A DNA stretch of 64,000 bases from Candidatus Aenigmatarchaeota archaeon (GTDB taxonomy: Archaea; Aenigmatarchaeota; Aenigmatarchaeia; GW2011-AR5; JACRAC01), in the NCBI GenBank assembly GCA_016187395.1, contig JACPJV010000039.1, positions 5,663 to 69,662 of the forward strand, given 5' to 3'. This document shows positions 28,984-37,673 of this stretch, piece after piece. Under the pieces are notes generated by a model. The model made no database searches and had not been told where the DNA came from. It was given only the letters and a program-made list of their open reading frames with translations. Positions within the stretch are counted from its first letter, which is position 1, and every line of letters starts with the position of its first letter. The position numbers were made by a program, and so were the translations under genes.

Positions 28984-29080
28984 TATAGTCATGCAAGAAA
29001 GAAATTAGTATTATATTTTCTTGCTGACTATATGTGAACCAAATAGTATAATATCCTGATTATTTATTTGGTTCACTATA
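28984..29080. mobile_element. Family B hairpin doublet (no nested insert)
   Basis: TATAGTCA-T-GCAAGAAA...TTTCTTGC-TGACTATA-T-GTGAACCAAATA...TATTTGGTTCAC-TATA, with compensatory stem changes relative to other copies. Confidence 0.8.
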
Positions 29081-29151
29081 AGACAGATGTCTTGAAATTA
29101 GCGAAGCAAAGGTATATAAACTTGAGTTGATATATATCAACTGTGGTTTAG

Positions 29152-29691
29152 ATGTATAAACTGAAGTTGACAATATTGCAGCAGGAAATACTGCGTTTTC
29201 TCTTCATGAATGCCGGGAAATCGTTTAATGCGCGGGCCGTAGCAATCGGCCTTGAGGTTAGCCAAACAGCCGTCGCAAAAGCACTGCCAACACTGGAAAA
29301 ACAGGGGTTTTTGCATGTTACGAAGGACAAGAAATCAAAAAGAACGTCGATTGAATTAAACAGGGAAAACCACGCTGTCATAGGCATGAAAAGAGCTGAC
29401 AACCTCAGGCAGATATACGAATCAGGGCTTGATGAGTTTCTACGGGAAAGATTTCCGGGCTGCACTATTATCCTATTTGGCAGCTTCGCCAAAGGAGAGG
29501 ATACGTACTTATCTGACATTGACATCGCTATAATCGGTGCCAAAGGCAAATCTCTTGACATGAGCAGTTTCGAAAAATCGCTTGCTAAAGAGATAAGGAT
29601 TAGTTTCTATGAGTCTTTCAGAAAAATAGGCGATGAGCTCAGGAATAATATTATTGGAGGGATTCTCTTATCAGGGTGGATTGAATTATGA
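29152..29691 (+). CDS. HTH-fused minimal nucleotidyltransferase (MNT antitoxin)
   Basis: N-terminal wHTH, LFGSFAKGEDTYLSDIDIAI (GS-x10-DxD). Confidence 0.9.
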   Translation: MYKLKLTILQQEILRFLFMNAGKSFNARAVAIGLEVSQTAVAKALPTLEKQGFLHVTKDKKSKRTSIELNRENHAVIGMKRADNLRQIYESGLDEFLRERFPGCTIILFGSFAKGEDTYLSDIDIAIIGAKGKSLDMSSFEKSLAKEIRISFYESFRKIGDELRNNIIGGILLSGWIEL

Positions 29692-30137
29692 TGCCTCTCA
29701 AAACATTCCGCGAATATCTGGCTGAAGGCACTGCAAGGAGACAGTCCCCTGACAAACTCAGGGCCAGATCGCTTATTGCCGGATCTGAGGACTCCTATAA
29801 AGTCCTTCTTTCATTTGCCGAAAAGATGGGTCTGGACGACAGCAATGCGAACCACATCATCAAGAATGCTTACGACATAATCATGGAGCTTATACGGGCA
29901 AAGATGTTTTCAGACGGATTTGCCACGACAGGAAAGGGCGCGCATGAAGCTGAAGTTTCGTACATGGCTGAAATAGGCTTTAGCGGCAGGGATGTGGAAT
30001 TTGCAAACGACGTGCGCTATTTCAGAAATGGAATCATGTACTATGGGAAAAGGTTTGACAAAGAATATGCGGAAAAGGTTCTGGGATTTTTAAAAATGAT
30101 TTATCCTGCGCTGAAGAAAATGTGCGAGCAAAAATGA
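29688..30137 (+). CDS. HEPN-like protein paired with the MNT
   Basis: Overlaps the MNT stop; helical, GAHEA and RYFRNGIMYYG (R-x4-Y variant). Confidence 0.8.
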   Translation: MMPLKTFREYLAEGTARRQSPDKLRARSLIAGSEDSYKVLLSFAEKMGLDDSNANHIIKNAYDIIMELIRAKMFSDGFATTGKGAHEAEVSYMAEIGFSGRDVEFANDVRYFRNGIMYYGKRFDKEYAEKVLGFLKMIYPALKKMCEQK

Positions 30138-30138
30138 A

Positions 30139-30230
30139 AGAGGCAGGGAGGTGAATGGACTGACGAGTAATTAATATCAATATTTTCTCTCGTCAGTCAA
30201 TCTGCATCCTGCAGCTGGAAGGGGCGTTAG
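30139..30230 (+). repeat. FN3-gene 3'-end remnant R8 with a 59-nt hairpin insertion (30150-30208)
   Basis: RGR[insert]CSWKGR-stop; same insertion point as R4 and R5. Confidence 0.8.
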
Positions 30231-30571
30231 AAGAGAGGGCACGCGGTGCATCTGCGGGTTTTGCAACCAAGATTCTCGTAATATGAAGTCCATTCTTTTA
30301 GTGCGTCAAGGATTTTTAGGAATTCCGTTCCTCTTTCCGTCAGATAATACTCTGAATTTTTGCTGCCGGGCTTTCTTGTCCTTTTCAGGATCCCTTCGTT
30401 TTCCATGTCCCTTAGTTTTTTTGAAAGTACTTTCGGACTTATCCTGCATGTGCGCTTTAGCGTGTTGAATCTAGAACCTTTGCTTAAATGAATCTCCTGT
30501 ATGATTCCAAGGCTTCGTTTGCTGCCTGCGATTCTGGCGGCACGAAAGACCGGGCACGTGAGATTTTTCAT
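30227..30571 (-). CDS. HxlR-family wHTH regulator
   Basis: CPV, RFNTLKR, ISPKVLSKKLRDME, EYYLTERG; C-terminal CxxxxCxxC. Confidence 0.88.
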   Translation of the reverse strand: MKNLTCPVFRAARIAGSKRSLGIIQEIHLSKGSRFNTLKRTCRISPKVLSKKLRDMENEGILKRTRKPGSKNSEYYLTERGTEFLKILDALKEWTSYYENLGCKTRRCTACPLF

Positions 30572-30733
30572 TGCCTTAATTTTGATTGCAAAGCTTTAAT
30601 GTGAAACAAGGAATATGGCTAATTTCTACTGGGCCAACATTATCGAGTTTCGGTATCTTTTTGGTAACTACATTCGAACCGAAATCTTTATTTGCCGCTA
30701 TTTCTTAGTCTAAGCATGATTCCGCTATTAGCT

Positions 30734-31390
30734 ATGGGTAGGCATATTAACACAAAGCCTCACATAAGTTCTTACATTCTGGGAGCAGCTGTTCTGGTTA
30801 TCTTTATATCAGCGCTTGGCATATTTGATTACGCTATAACTGGTTTTGCCACGGCGACGCAGAGCACGGGTTCTAACGTAACTATTTCAGGGTATATCGC
30901 CATAGCGCTTTCCACAAACTTGAGCAGGGGAATAGAATTCGGCACGATAACCCTGCTGCCGGCGAACCAGACGAATGCAACGGCAAGCTACCAGAACTAT
31001 ACAGGCGGGGGAGGGCCTGGCGGAGGGCTGAATTATACCCTGTACAACGCTTCTGTCTCAACAGACTCAAACCAGAACGTGGACTTCTGCGTAAAAGGCA
31101 GCGGGCCTTTTGCGACCTCAGGAGGCGCCAATTCGTTCGCGCTGGCAAACCTGACGTGGTACGACAACAAAACAATAAACAACGACACGCACCCGCCAGG
31201 CGGGCCTTTCAGGGGCTTTTTCGGAATATCTGCGACTACGAGCTATGTGAAGGGAGAAGTTGCTGTCAGCGCAGGCAATGAGAACAACTACAGGTTCTGG
31301 CTCAACGTAAGCGGAGGGCAGGCAGCAGGCGATTACAATACAACAATATCGTTCCGCGGCACTACTGCCGGAGACGCGTGCGGGTCGTAA
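30734..31390 (+). CDS. Pilin-like exported subunit P1
   Basis: TM + ITGFA, beta-rich domain ending YRFWLNVSGGQAAGDYNTTISFRG...CGS; paralog of 32133-32798 and of the adhesin C-terminus. Confidence 0.8.
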   Translation: MGRHINTKPHISSYILGAAVLVIFISALGIFDYAITGFATATQSTGSNVTISGYIAIALSTNLSRGIEFGTITLLPANQTNATASYQNYTGGGGPGGGLNYTLYNASVSTDSNQNVDFCVKGSGPFATSGGANSFALANLTWYDNKTINNDTHPPGGPFRGFFGISATTSYVKGEVAVSAGNENNYRFWLNVSGGQAAGDYNTTISFRGTTAGDACGS

Positions 31391-31427
31391 AACAAATAGA
31401 AATATGAGGCGTCTTAGAGGTGGATGG

Positions 31428-32090
31428 ATGAAAGCAAATAGGGGAAAATGTGCGGATTCAAGTCACTCTTTATTGCTACTGCTTCTGATGTTTTTAATTA
31501 TTACAGTGTTTAATTCTTTTCCAGCATACGCTGAAAGAGGCGTGGGCATAAAATGGTACACTGAAGCGGAGATTATGAAGGAAGAAACAACAAGGTGCCT
31601 GAACTACGGAATATACAGTCCGTGGAGCGAGTACGTGAACGCCATTTTAAGGGCTTCTGATGAATTCTCTCCTGTTGTCGCAGAACAGACAAGCGAGCCG
31701 GTTTTTGTGGCGGCAGGCACTTCCAGCTCAGACGCGCTTCATTCTGACCTGTGTTTTAAAATGGGGGATGTTTACGATGAGAACTGCCTTCTCGGGCCTT
31801 TGCTGTGCGAAAGGACGTGCCCTCAAGAGAGATTTGAATACGCAGGCCAGGTCATAGTCGAGGAGGCGCCGAGGGACGCAGAGCTGAGAGGGACCGGCTC
31901 GGGCACGACATTCGGCGTTGCAGCTCCGCTGAGGCTTATAGTAGACTGCCAGAATCTGCAAAGAGATTATACGCCGCTTTTGTTCGTAGGAGGGATCGTA
32001 GGAGGTGTGGCGACCGCTGTTGCAGTCAAAAGGCACCGCTCGCACGGGAAGAAAGGCAGGAAGAAATATCACTTTGTGATTAAGATATAA
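31428..32090 (+). CDS. Exported, C-terminally membrane-anchored partner protein C1 (chaperone-like)
   Basis: Signal peptide AYA, GVGIKWYTE, six Cys, VAAPLRL, C-terminal hydrophobic helix plus basic tail. Confidence 0.8.
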   Translation: MKANRGKCADSSHSLLLLLLMFLIITVFNSFPAYAERGVGIKWYTEAEIMKEETTRCLNYGIYSPWSEYVNAILRASDEFSPVVAEQTSEPVFVAAGTSSSDALHSDLCFKMGDVYDENCLLGPLLCERTCPQERFEYAGQVIVEEAPRDAELRGTGSGTTFGVAAPLRLIVDCQNLQRDYTPLLFVGGIVGGVATAVAVKRHRSHGKKGRKKYHFVIKI

Positions 32091-32132
32091 CTCTCGCAAT
32101 CTTTATTTACAGAATAAAACCAGTATTCACAC

Positions 32133-32798
32133 ATGACCTCACCGGCTATGGACAGAAACGCATCCGCAAAACCACATGTAAGAATTTACGCGATGGGTGT
32201 ATCGGTCATGCTGATCATGGTATCCGCAATTGGCGTATTGAACTACACAATAACAGGGTTTGCGAGCGCAACGCAAAGCACGAATACGAATGTCACGATA
32301 GCAGCTGCCATATCCATAGCGCTGTCCACAAACTTGAGCAAGGGAATAGAATTCGGCACGATAACCCTGCTGCCGGCAAACCAGACGAATGCAACGGCAA
32401 ACTACGCAAACACAACCGGAGGCGGGGGGCCGGGCGACCTGAACATCACGCTGTATAACGTTACGCTGTCCAGCGATTCGACTGAGAATGCGGACTTCTG
32501 CGTAAGGGCAAACGGCGATATGTGCACGTCAGCCTGCTCAAGCCGCATAGGAATCGCAAATATAACATGGGCAGCTAACACGACAAACAATCTCACTCAT
32601 CCGCCAACAGGCGTTTTCCGCGCGCTTTTTGGAAGAAGCATGGCAACGGGCTTTGACAAGGGAGATATCAACCTGGCCCCTGGAGGGGTGACTCACTACA
32701 GATTCTGGCTCAACGTCAGCGGCGCACAGGCGGCAGGAGATTACAACAACACCGTAGACTTCCGGGCTGTGTCTACAGGCGACGCGTGCGGCTCATAG
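32133..32798 (+). CDS. Pilin-like exported subunit P2
   Basis: TM + ITGFA; IALSTNLSKGIEFGTITLLPANQTNATA nearly identical to P1; same C-terminal motif. Confidence 0.8.
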   Translation: MTSPAMDRNASAKPHVRIYAMGVSVMLIMVSAIGVLNYTITGFASATQSTNTNVTIAAAISIALSTNLSKGIEFGTITLLPANQTNATANYANTTGGGGPGDLNITLYNVTLSSDSTENADFCVRANGDMCTSACSSRIGIANITWAANTTNNLTHPPTGVFRALFGRSMATGFDKGDINLAPGGVTHYRFWLNVSGAQAAGDYNNTVDFRAVSTGDACGS

Positions 32799-32825
32799 AG
32801 AGGTGAATGCAAGAAAAGAAGATCG

Positions 32826-33521
32826 GTGATTAATGTGAAAATGATTGAAGAAAAGGAAATGAGAGGAATGAATAGAAAAGGGAATGCAGCCGTGCATGCC
32901 CTGTCAAAATCAGGCAGCCTGCTTGTTATTGCAGTTCTTGCATTCGCGTTCCTCATGCCTCCTGCCCATGCAGAAAAAGGTGTTGGCCTGAAATGGTTTA
33001 CAGAGAACGAGAATGTTGCAGAGGAGAGCATGCACTGCATAGACTATGGCATCTACAACCCATGGAATACCGACGTAAATGCTGTTCTGAAGGTTTCTGG
33101 TGAATTTTTGCAGGTTGCAGAGATGAAGAAAAGCGAACCTGTTTTCGTTAAGGCAGCCACTGCAAGCTCTGCTGCGCTGCCGTCCAGAATCTGCTTCAGA
33201 ATAGGCGACACCTATGAAGAAGAATGCCTGATAGGCAACTGGTTTTGCGACAGGACATGTCCAAAGGAGCAGCGTGAATATGCAGGGCAGGTCGTAGTCG
33301 AGGAAGCTCCGGAAGAAAGCACTGTGGGTGGCACAGGCGCCATGGTCACGTTCAGCGTTGCCGCGCCGCTGCGGCTTGTCGTGGAATGCAGGGATGAAAA
33401 ACGCGACTTAACGCCGCTTTATTATATTGGCGGCATCGCAACAGGTACGGTGATGTTCACGGTTGCGAAGAAATACGATCCTGAAAAAAAGCGGAGAAAG
33501 TCTCGTACCGTGATACAGTGA
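32826..33521 (+). CDS. Exported membrane-anchored partner protein C2, paralog of C1 (start uncertain)
   Basis: AHA signal, GVGLKWFTE, same six Cys, VAAPLRL, TM plus basic tail; stop codon lies inside a family B element. Confidence 0.8.
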   Translation: MINVKMIEEKEMRGMNRKGNAAVHALSKSGSLLVIAVLAFAFLMPPAHAEKGVGLKWFTENENVAEESMHCIDYGIYNPWNTDVNAVLKVSGEFLQVAEMKKSEPVFVKAATASSAALPSRICFRIGDTYEEECLIGNWFCDRTCPKEQREYAGQVVVEEAPEESTVGGTGAMVTFSVAAPLRLVVECRDEKRDLTPLYYIGGIATGTVMFTVAKKYDPEKKRRKSRTVIQ

Positions 33522-33915
33522 GCAGGGAAGTATCATACCCTGGTTTACAAGCAGGAACGAAGTTCCTGCTGTACATGGAAAACTGAAAGTTTTCCAGTAC
33601 TGATGAACCTTTGGTTCATCATGTACAGAATGAGCTTTGCTCATTCTTGTATTCCTTGCATCACTATGACATGCTTCTGATATGAACCACCGCATAAATG
33701 CGGTGGTTTCTTGAAGCATGGCATGCCAAAGAAGTTCGATATCTTATCCTCTGCTTATCTGTGAAGAACCGAAGGTTCTTCAAGACCTCAAAGAAGCTTT
33801 GCTTCTTTGCAGGAAAGCAGAGGTTTTAGAACTTCTTTGAGCATAAAGATATGATGCACAAAGAACTTCGTTCATTATAGTGAATCAATGAAATGACCCC
33901 GACAAGATTTCATTG
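33514..33915. mobile_element. Cluster of hairpin elements: family B (33514-33667) holding a four-hairpin family A (33546-33651), family C (33681-33845) with an internal doublet, partial family B (33876-33915)
   Basis: Stems GCAGGAAC, TGGAAAACT, TGATGAACC, GAATGAGC with 3-nt loops; CCACCGCATAAATGCGGTGGTTTC; TCCTCTGCTT...AAGCAGAGG. Confidence 0.8.
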
Positions 33916-33954
33916 CCCTTCAAATTTATACCACCCTTTTCCTTAATATATTTC

Positions 33955-36069
33955 ATGGCTGACGAGGATCGCTACATTACGCATATCCTGGTTTTATCCA
34001 TACTTTTCATGTCTGTGACAGCGGTATACTTTCAGGTTTATTCAGGACTCTCGTCTACAGAGTCTACGCGGGCTACTGTTTCCGTAGTAGGAATAGCCGA
34101 GAATGTGAGCGAGAATATAACGCCTTCTGCTCCTGCAAAACCCTCTGCTGAACCGGTTCCGGGCGGTGCCAGACCAAGAAAAATTCCGCAGCCAGAATTC
34201 CAGAAACCTCCGCTTGAGGCAGACCTAAGGCTCTACCCATCCTGCACAGAAATACCTATTAGCGTTGCAAAGCACAGCGATTTTGTAAAGCTGCTTAGCG
34301 CTGTACGTGAGCCGAACTCAACTGTAAACAGCAGCATATATTTCCAGGATTTTCTGAACGCGAGCTTTGCATACGAACAGTCCGGGAATGTTGTTGGAAA
34401 AGATGAAATAACGCTGATTGTTTTTGACCTTAAAGGCGCGAGGGACATAGGCTCTATCGTCCTGGAATTAGAAATTCCCCGTTCTCGAATCAGGGAATAC
34501 GGAATAGATCCTGATACGCTAACGCTTTTGCACAGATATCCAGACGGCAGCTGGAGAGCCAGCGCAGGTGTGCTGCAAAAAATCGGGGAAAATTCTACCG
34601 CTCTCAGATACCTGGTTAGGATGGAAAAGCAGGAGTTTCGTTCATCCTTGTTTGCCGTGAGCGGAGGCCCGAGACCCCTGCTGTGTCAGCTGTGCGAAAG
34701 CGAACCGTGGAGCCAGTGCGTGAAAGGACAGGAAACAAGATTATACAACGAATGCGGCGAACATACAAGCTTCGCATGCAGGCCCATGGCGCAGACAAGG
34801 CTGTGCGGAGTGGCGGTTGCCCAGCCAGTCGCACCCCCTCTAGAGCCAATAATTTTTGCAGCTGTGGCCATACTTGTCAGCCTGGCCTTTGTAATAAGAG
34901 CTGCAACAAGAAACAGAGAGCGCCAAAGACCTCTGTACCTGATTATGGCGGCAATTTTTATAACATTATCCGCCGTGTTTACCATAACAGCATACAGCAG
35001 CGTAGAGCCGACAGCGGACACAATATTCCTGCAACCTGAAAATATCATCGTGTCTGCCTTTGCTGTCACAGAGCAGGTGCAAAATCCGTCTGCAGCCATG
35101 ACCCCGTTGCTGCTGGAGGCAGTGACGCTGAAGCCGGACTTCCAATACATTCCTGAAGAGGATGCGTACAGCGTTATTGCAAGCTCCAACATAACCAGCC
35201 TATGCGGATATGGAAACGCAGAGGCTTATTATGTATATTCAAAAGACGGGGGGCAGCTGACTGAAAAGAGTGAAACCGTGTCAGCTGAAATACCTTCGAC
35301 ATTCTCGATGAATATAACCACCGTGAAGGCATGCGACAAAATATCCTATTCTGTTATTGTTATAGACAAAAATAAACTGCCGGTATACGGAGGCCGCATT
35401 GATGCAGCAGCTCCATGCGAAGCCGAGACTCTGGAGATCGAGGCGGAATTGTTCATACCGGTTGACGGCCCTTCAGGGGAATTTTACGAAGCAGCTAATA
35501 TTTCAGAAAGGGCGCCGTTCAGAATCAAGGCAGGGAATTTCCTGGGATCTGACATGACCGTTATAAACAGAGGCGCTGCAAAGCCCGTGCAGCTTGAGCT
35601 GGAGTATGGGATAGCGGACCTGCAGAATAATTCTATCGTGTTTGTGCGCGAAAATATCACGCTAGACGAAAGGCTGGAGCTGCGCAGAAAAATACGCGTT
35701 CCGCCAGAAACGAAAGAAGGATTCTACTCCTTCTACGCCATGCTATTTGACCTGACAGGAAGGCGGAGAGCGGATACGTCAGAGATAATCTACGTATATG
35801 TCGTGGCAGTTCCAGGACCTGCATTCCCGCAGGACATCATCCTGATATTCATGCTATACGTGATACTTTTGCTCATACTGTTTTTTGCCTACTACAATAG
35901 AGACAGGTGCTATATATGCAAAAAAACGGGCGTTCAGAGGTGCAGTGTGTGCAGGAAATACGTCTGCAAGAGGCATCTGGTCAAGAAAAAGGAATTTTAT
36001 TGCATCAGGCATTCAGAGCCGGCATCAGACAAAGGGAGAAAGCCAGGCATTTGGAATTGGAAAATTTAG
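33955..36069 (+). CDS. Multi-domain membrane/surface protein with C-terminal Cys/His zinc-finger-like tail
   Basis: Four hydrophobic segments, PGF-pre-PGF-like region (IDPDTLTLLHR...W...SSLFAVSG), Cys-rich module, CxxC...CxxC...CxxH...CxxH. Confidence 0.8.
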   Translation: MADEDRYITHILVLSILFMSVTAVYFQVYSGLSSTESTRATVSVVGIAENVSENITPSAPAKPSAEPVPGGARPRKIPQPEFQKPPLEADLRLYPSCTEIPISVAKHSDFVKLLSAVREPNSTVNSSIYFQDFLNASFAYEQSGNVVGKDEITLIVFDLKGARDIGSIVLELEIPRSRIREYGIDPDTLTLLHRYPDGSWRASAGVLQKIGENSTALRYLVRMEKQEFRSSLFAVSGGPRPLLCQLCESEPWSQCVKGQETRLYNECGEHTSFACRPMAQTRLCGVAVAQPVAPPLEPIIFAAVAILVSLAFVIRAATRNRERQRPLYLIMAAIFITLSAVFTITAYSSVEPTADTIFLQPENIIVSAFAVTEQVQNPSAAMTPLLLEAVTLKPDFQYIPEEDAYSVIASSNITSLCGYGNAEAYYVYSKDGGQLTEKSETVSAEIPSTFSMNITTVKACDKISYSVIVIDKNKLPVYGGRIDAAAPCEAETLEIEAELFIPVDGPSGEFYEAANISERAPFRIKAGNFLGSDMTVINRGAAKPVQLELEYGIADLQNNSIVFVRENITLDERLELRRKIRVPPETKEGFYSFYAMLFDLTGRRRADTSEIIYVYVVAVPGPAFPQDIILIFMLYVILLLILFFAYYNRDRCYICKKTGVQRCSVCRKYVCKRHLVKKKEFYCIRHSEPASDKGRKPGIWNWKI

Positions 36070-36099
36070 GTTTTTAAGTTTACTTAACAAAATCAGGCA

Positions 36100-36516
36100 A
36101 TGGATGAATGCATATTTTGCCAAATAGCTTCAGGAAAAATGGAGTCGTTTAAGGTGTACGAAGACGACGACTCATTTGCATTTTTAGACATACACCCGGC
36201 AGCCCCTGGGCACACTCTTGTTGTGCCTAAAAAACACACAGCCGATATATTTGACATAGATGAAATATCGCTGCGCAGGCTGGCAGGATCTCTCAGGCAC
36301 ATAGCTTCTAAGATAAAGAATGCAATAGGCAGCGATATCATGATAATGCAGAACAACGGCCGTGCAGCAGGACAGATCGTTGATCACATACATTTTCACG
36401 TCATCCCCCGAACAGAGGGTGACGGCATAGGCCTTATGCGCGGCATGGCGGAACTGACAAAAGAGCAGATGGAGGAGATCCAAAACAAGATAAAAGAAGC
36501 TTCTTCAGATGATTGA
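36100..36516 (+). CDS. HIT-family hydrolase
   Basis: CIFCQI, GHTLVVPK, GQIVDHIHFHVIPR. Confidence 0.96.
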   Translation: MDECIFCQIASGKMESFKVYEDDDSFAFLDIHPAAPGHTLVVPKKHTADIFDIDEISLRRLAGSLRHIASKIKNAIGSDIMIMQNNGRAAGQIVDHIHFHVIPRTEGDGIGLMRGMAELTKEQMEEIQNKIKEASSDD

Positions 36517-36632
36517 GCAGTATGCCAAAAGTCCCTGGAGAAACCGTTATAGTTTTAACATCCTTTAAGCAGAATTTGAGGATTTCTGTACTTCGAAAGA
36601 TACATTCAGTAGCAGACTGTATGATGTGCACC

Positions 36633-36797
36633 TATACTCCCCTGCCTAAAGGCAGGGGTTTCCCTGTGTGCACAGCATCTCGAAAGCCCCGGTATCTTAC
36701 AAGAAGGAGCAAAGCTCCTTCTGTACAGGAGAACTCTTCGAGTTCTCCTTGTATCCTCTGCTTAAAAGCAGAGGTTTTAGAGGGGCTTTCGAAGATA
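36633..36797. mobile_element. Family C element with nested family A doublet (36698-36753)
   Basis: CCCCTGCCTAAAGGCAGGGGTTTC; TCGAAAGCCCC...GGGGCTTTCGA; intact inner CCTCTGCTTAAAAGCAGAGG. Confidence 0.82.
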
Positions 36798-37003
36798 AAA
36801 AAGCCTTCTATTCCTATTTAGAAACGATGTCAAATGCGTTTGTTAGCCACATCAAGATTTAACAAACAAGCAGAAGGCTTCGGTTTTCCGCCTTAATGAA
36901 TTGCTTTCTGCGCATCGGCTATTTTGTAAAAGATAGAAAGGTCAGTTTTGGCACATGGCCAGATGATTGAGATGCTTTTATAATTTTATGATCAATCCTA
37001 ATC

Positions 37004-37315
37004 ATGGACCAGAAGTACCAGAGATTTCCAGCTGTTCAAAGATCTATAAACAATATCAACGTAGAAACTGACATACGCGTCAGGATTATAGGAAGGATTG
37101 CAGATAAGCTTCCTGACGGCATAGTCCTGCAGGATCTGGAAGGAGCGCAAGCAGAAGTTCGCTTTGACAGGCCAATATATCATGATGCAGGCGCATTCGT
37201 GAGGATATTTGCGCGTGTTTTGCCTCTGGAAAACGGCTTTGAGCTGAGCGGGGAACTTATACAGCCCGTGAATAACCTGGATATGGAGCTGCATAGAAAG
37301 GTTTTTTCTTACTAG
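37004..37315 (+). CDS. Single OB-fold protein (RPA small-subunit-like)
   Basis: RxPA...RVRIIGRI...LQD...VRIFARV...LDMEL pattern. Confidence 0.7.
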   Translation: MDQKYQRFPAVQRSINNINVETDIRVRIIGRIADKLPDGIVLQDLEGAQAEVRFDRPIYHDAGAFVRIFARVLPLENGFELSGELIQPVNNLDMELHRKVFSY

Positions 37316-37590
37316 CCAAAGAAAATGTAGCCCATTATTACAGAGATTATCATGGATATTACGGAAAGCACAGATATTATTATCCTCAACGCGCGATTAT
37401 GCAAAGAGGTGCGGATGTATATAGCGAAAAGAATTGCCGGGAGTATCATTACTAACAGAAGAAGCTGCGATTCAAAGAATGCATAAGCCTGATAGCTCAA
37501 TGACAGGGACCAGACGAGAATGATTATGTACAGTATGAACATGTAGAAGAAATGCGCAGGGTATTTTTCAGGGTCAAGTTCAATGGGCAT
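37312..37590 (-). CDS. Small membrane protein (three TM helices)
   Basis: Hydrophobic 92-aa ORF. Confidence 0.7.
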   Translation of the reverse strand: MPIELDPEKYPAHFFYMFILYIIILVWSLSLSYQAYAFFESQLLLLVMILPAILFAIYIRTSLHNRALRIIISVLSVISMIISVIMGYIFFG

Positions 37591-37673
37591 ATGATAGTTG
37601 ATATAATTAAGCAAATAAAGATAATTAGTCTAAAACCGAAACCTTTAATTATACTTCCAGCCATGAATAGAAC

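Noticed and set aside
18938..30230. Classical integron with attC sites
   Set aside because: No tyrosine recombinase in the window; GTTAGRG occurs in only three repeats; the repeats vary like coding sequence and are not conserved palindromes
36513..36862. ORFs downstream of the HIT gene
   Set aside because: They mostly translate a family C+A element; similar pseudo-peptides recur at other element copies
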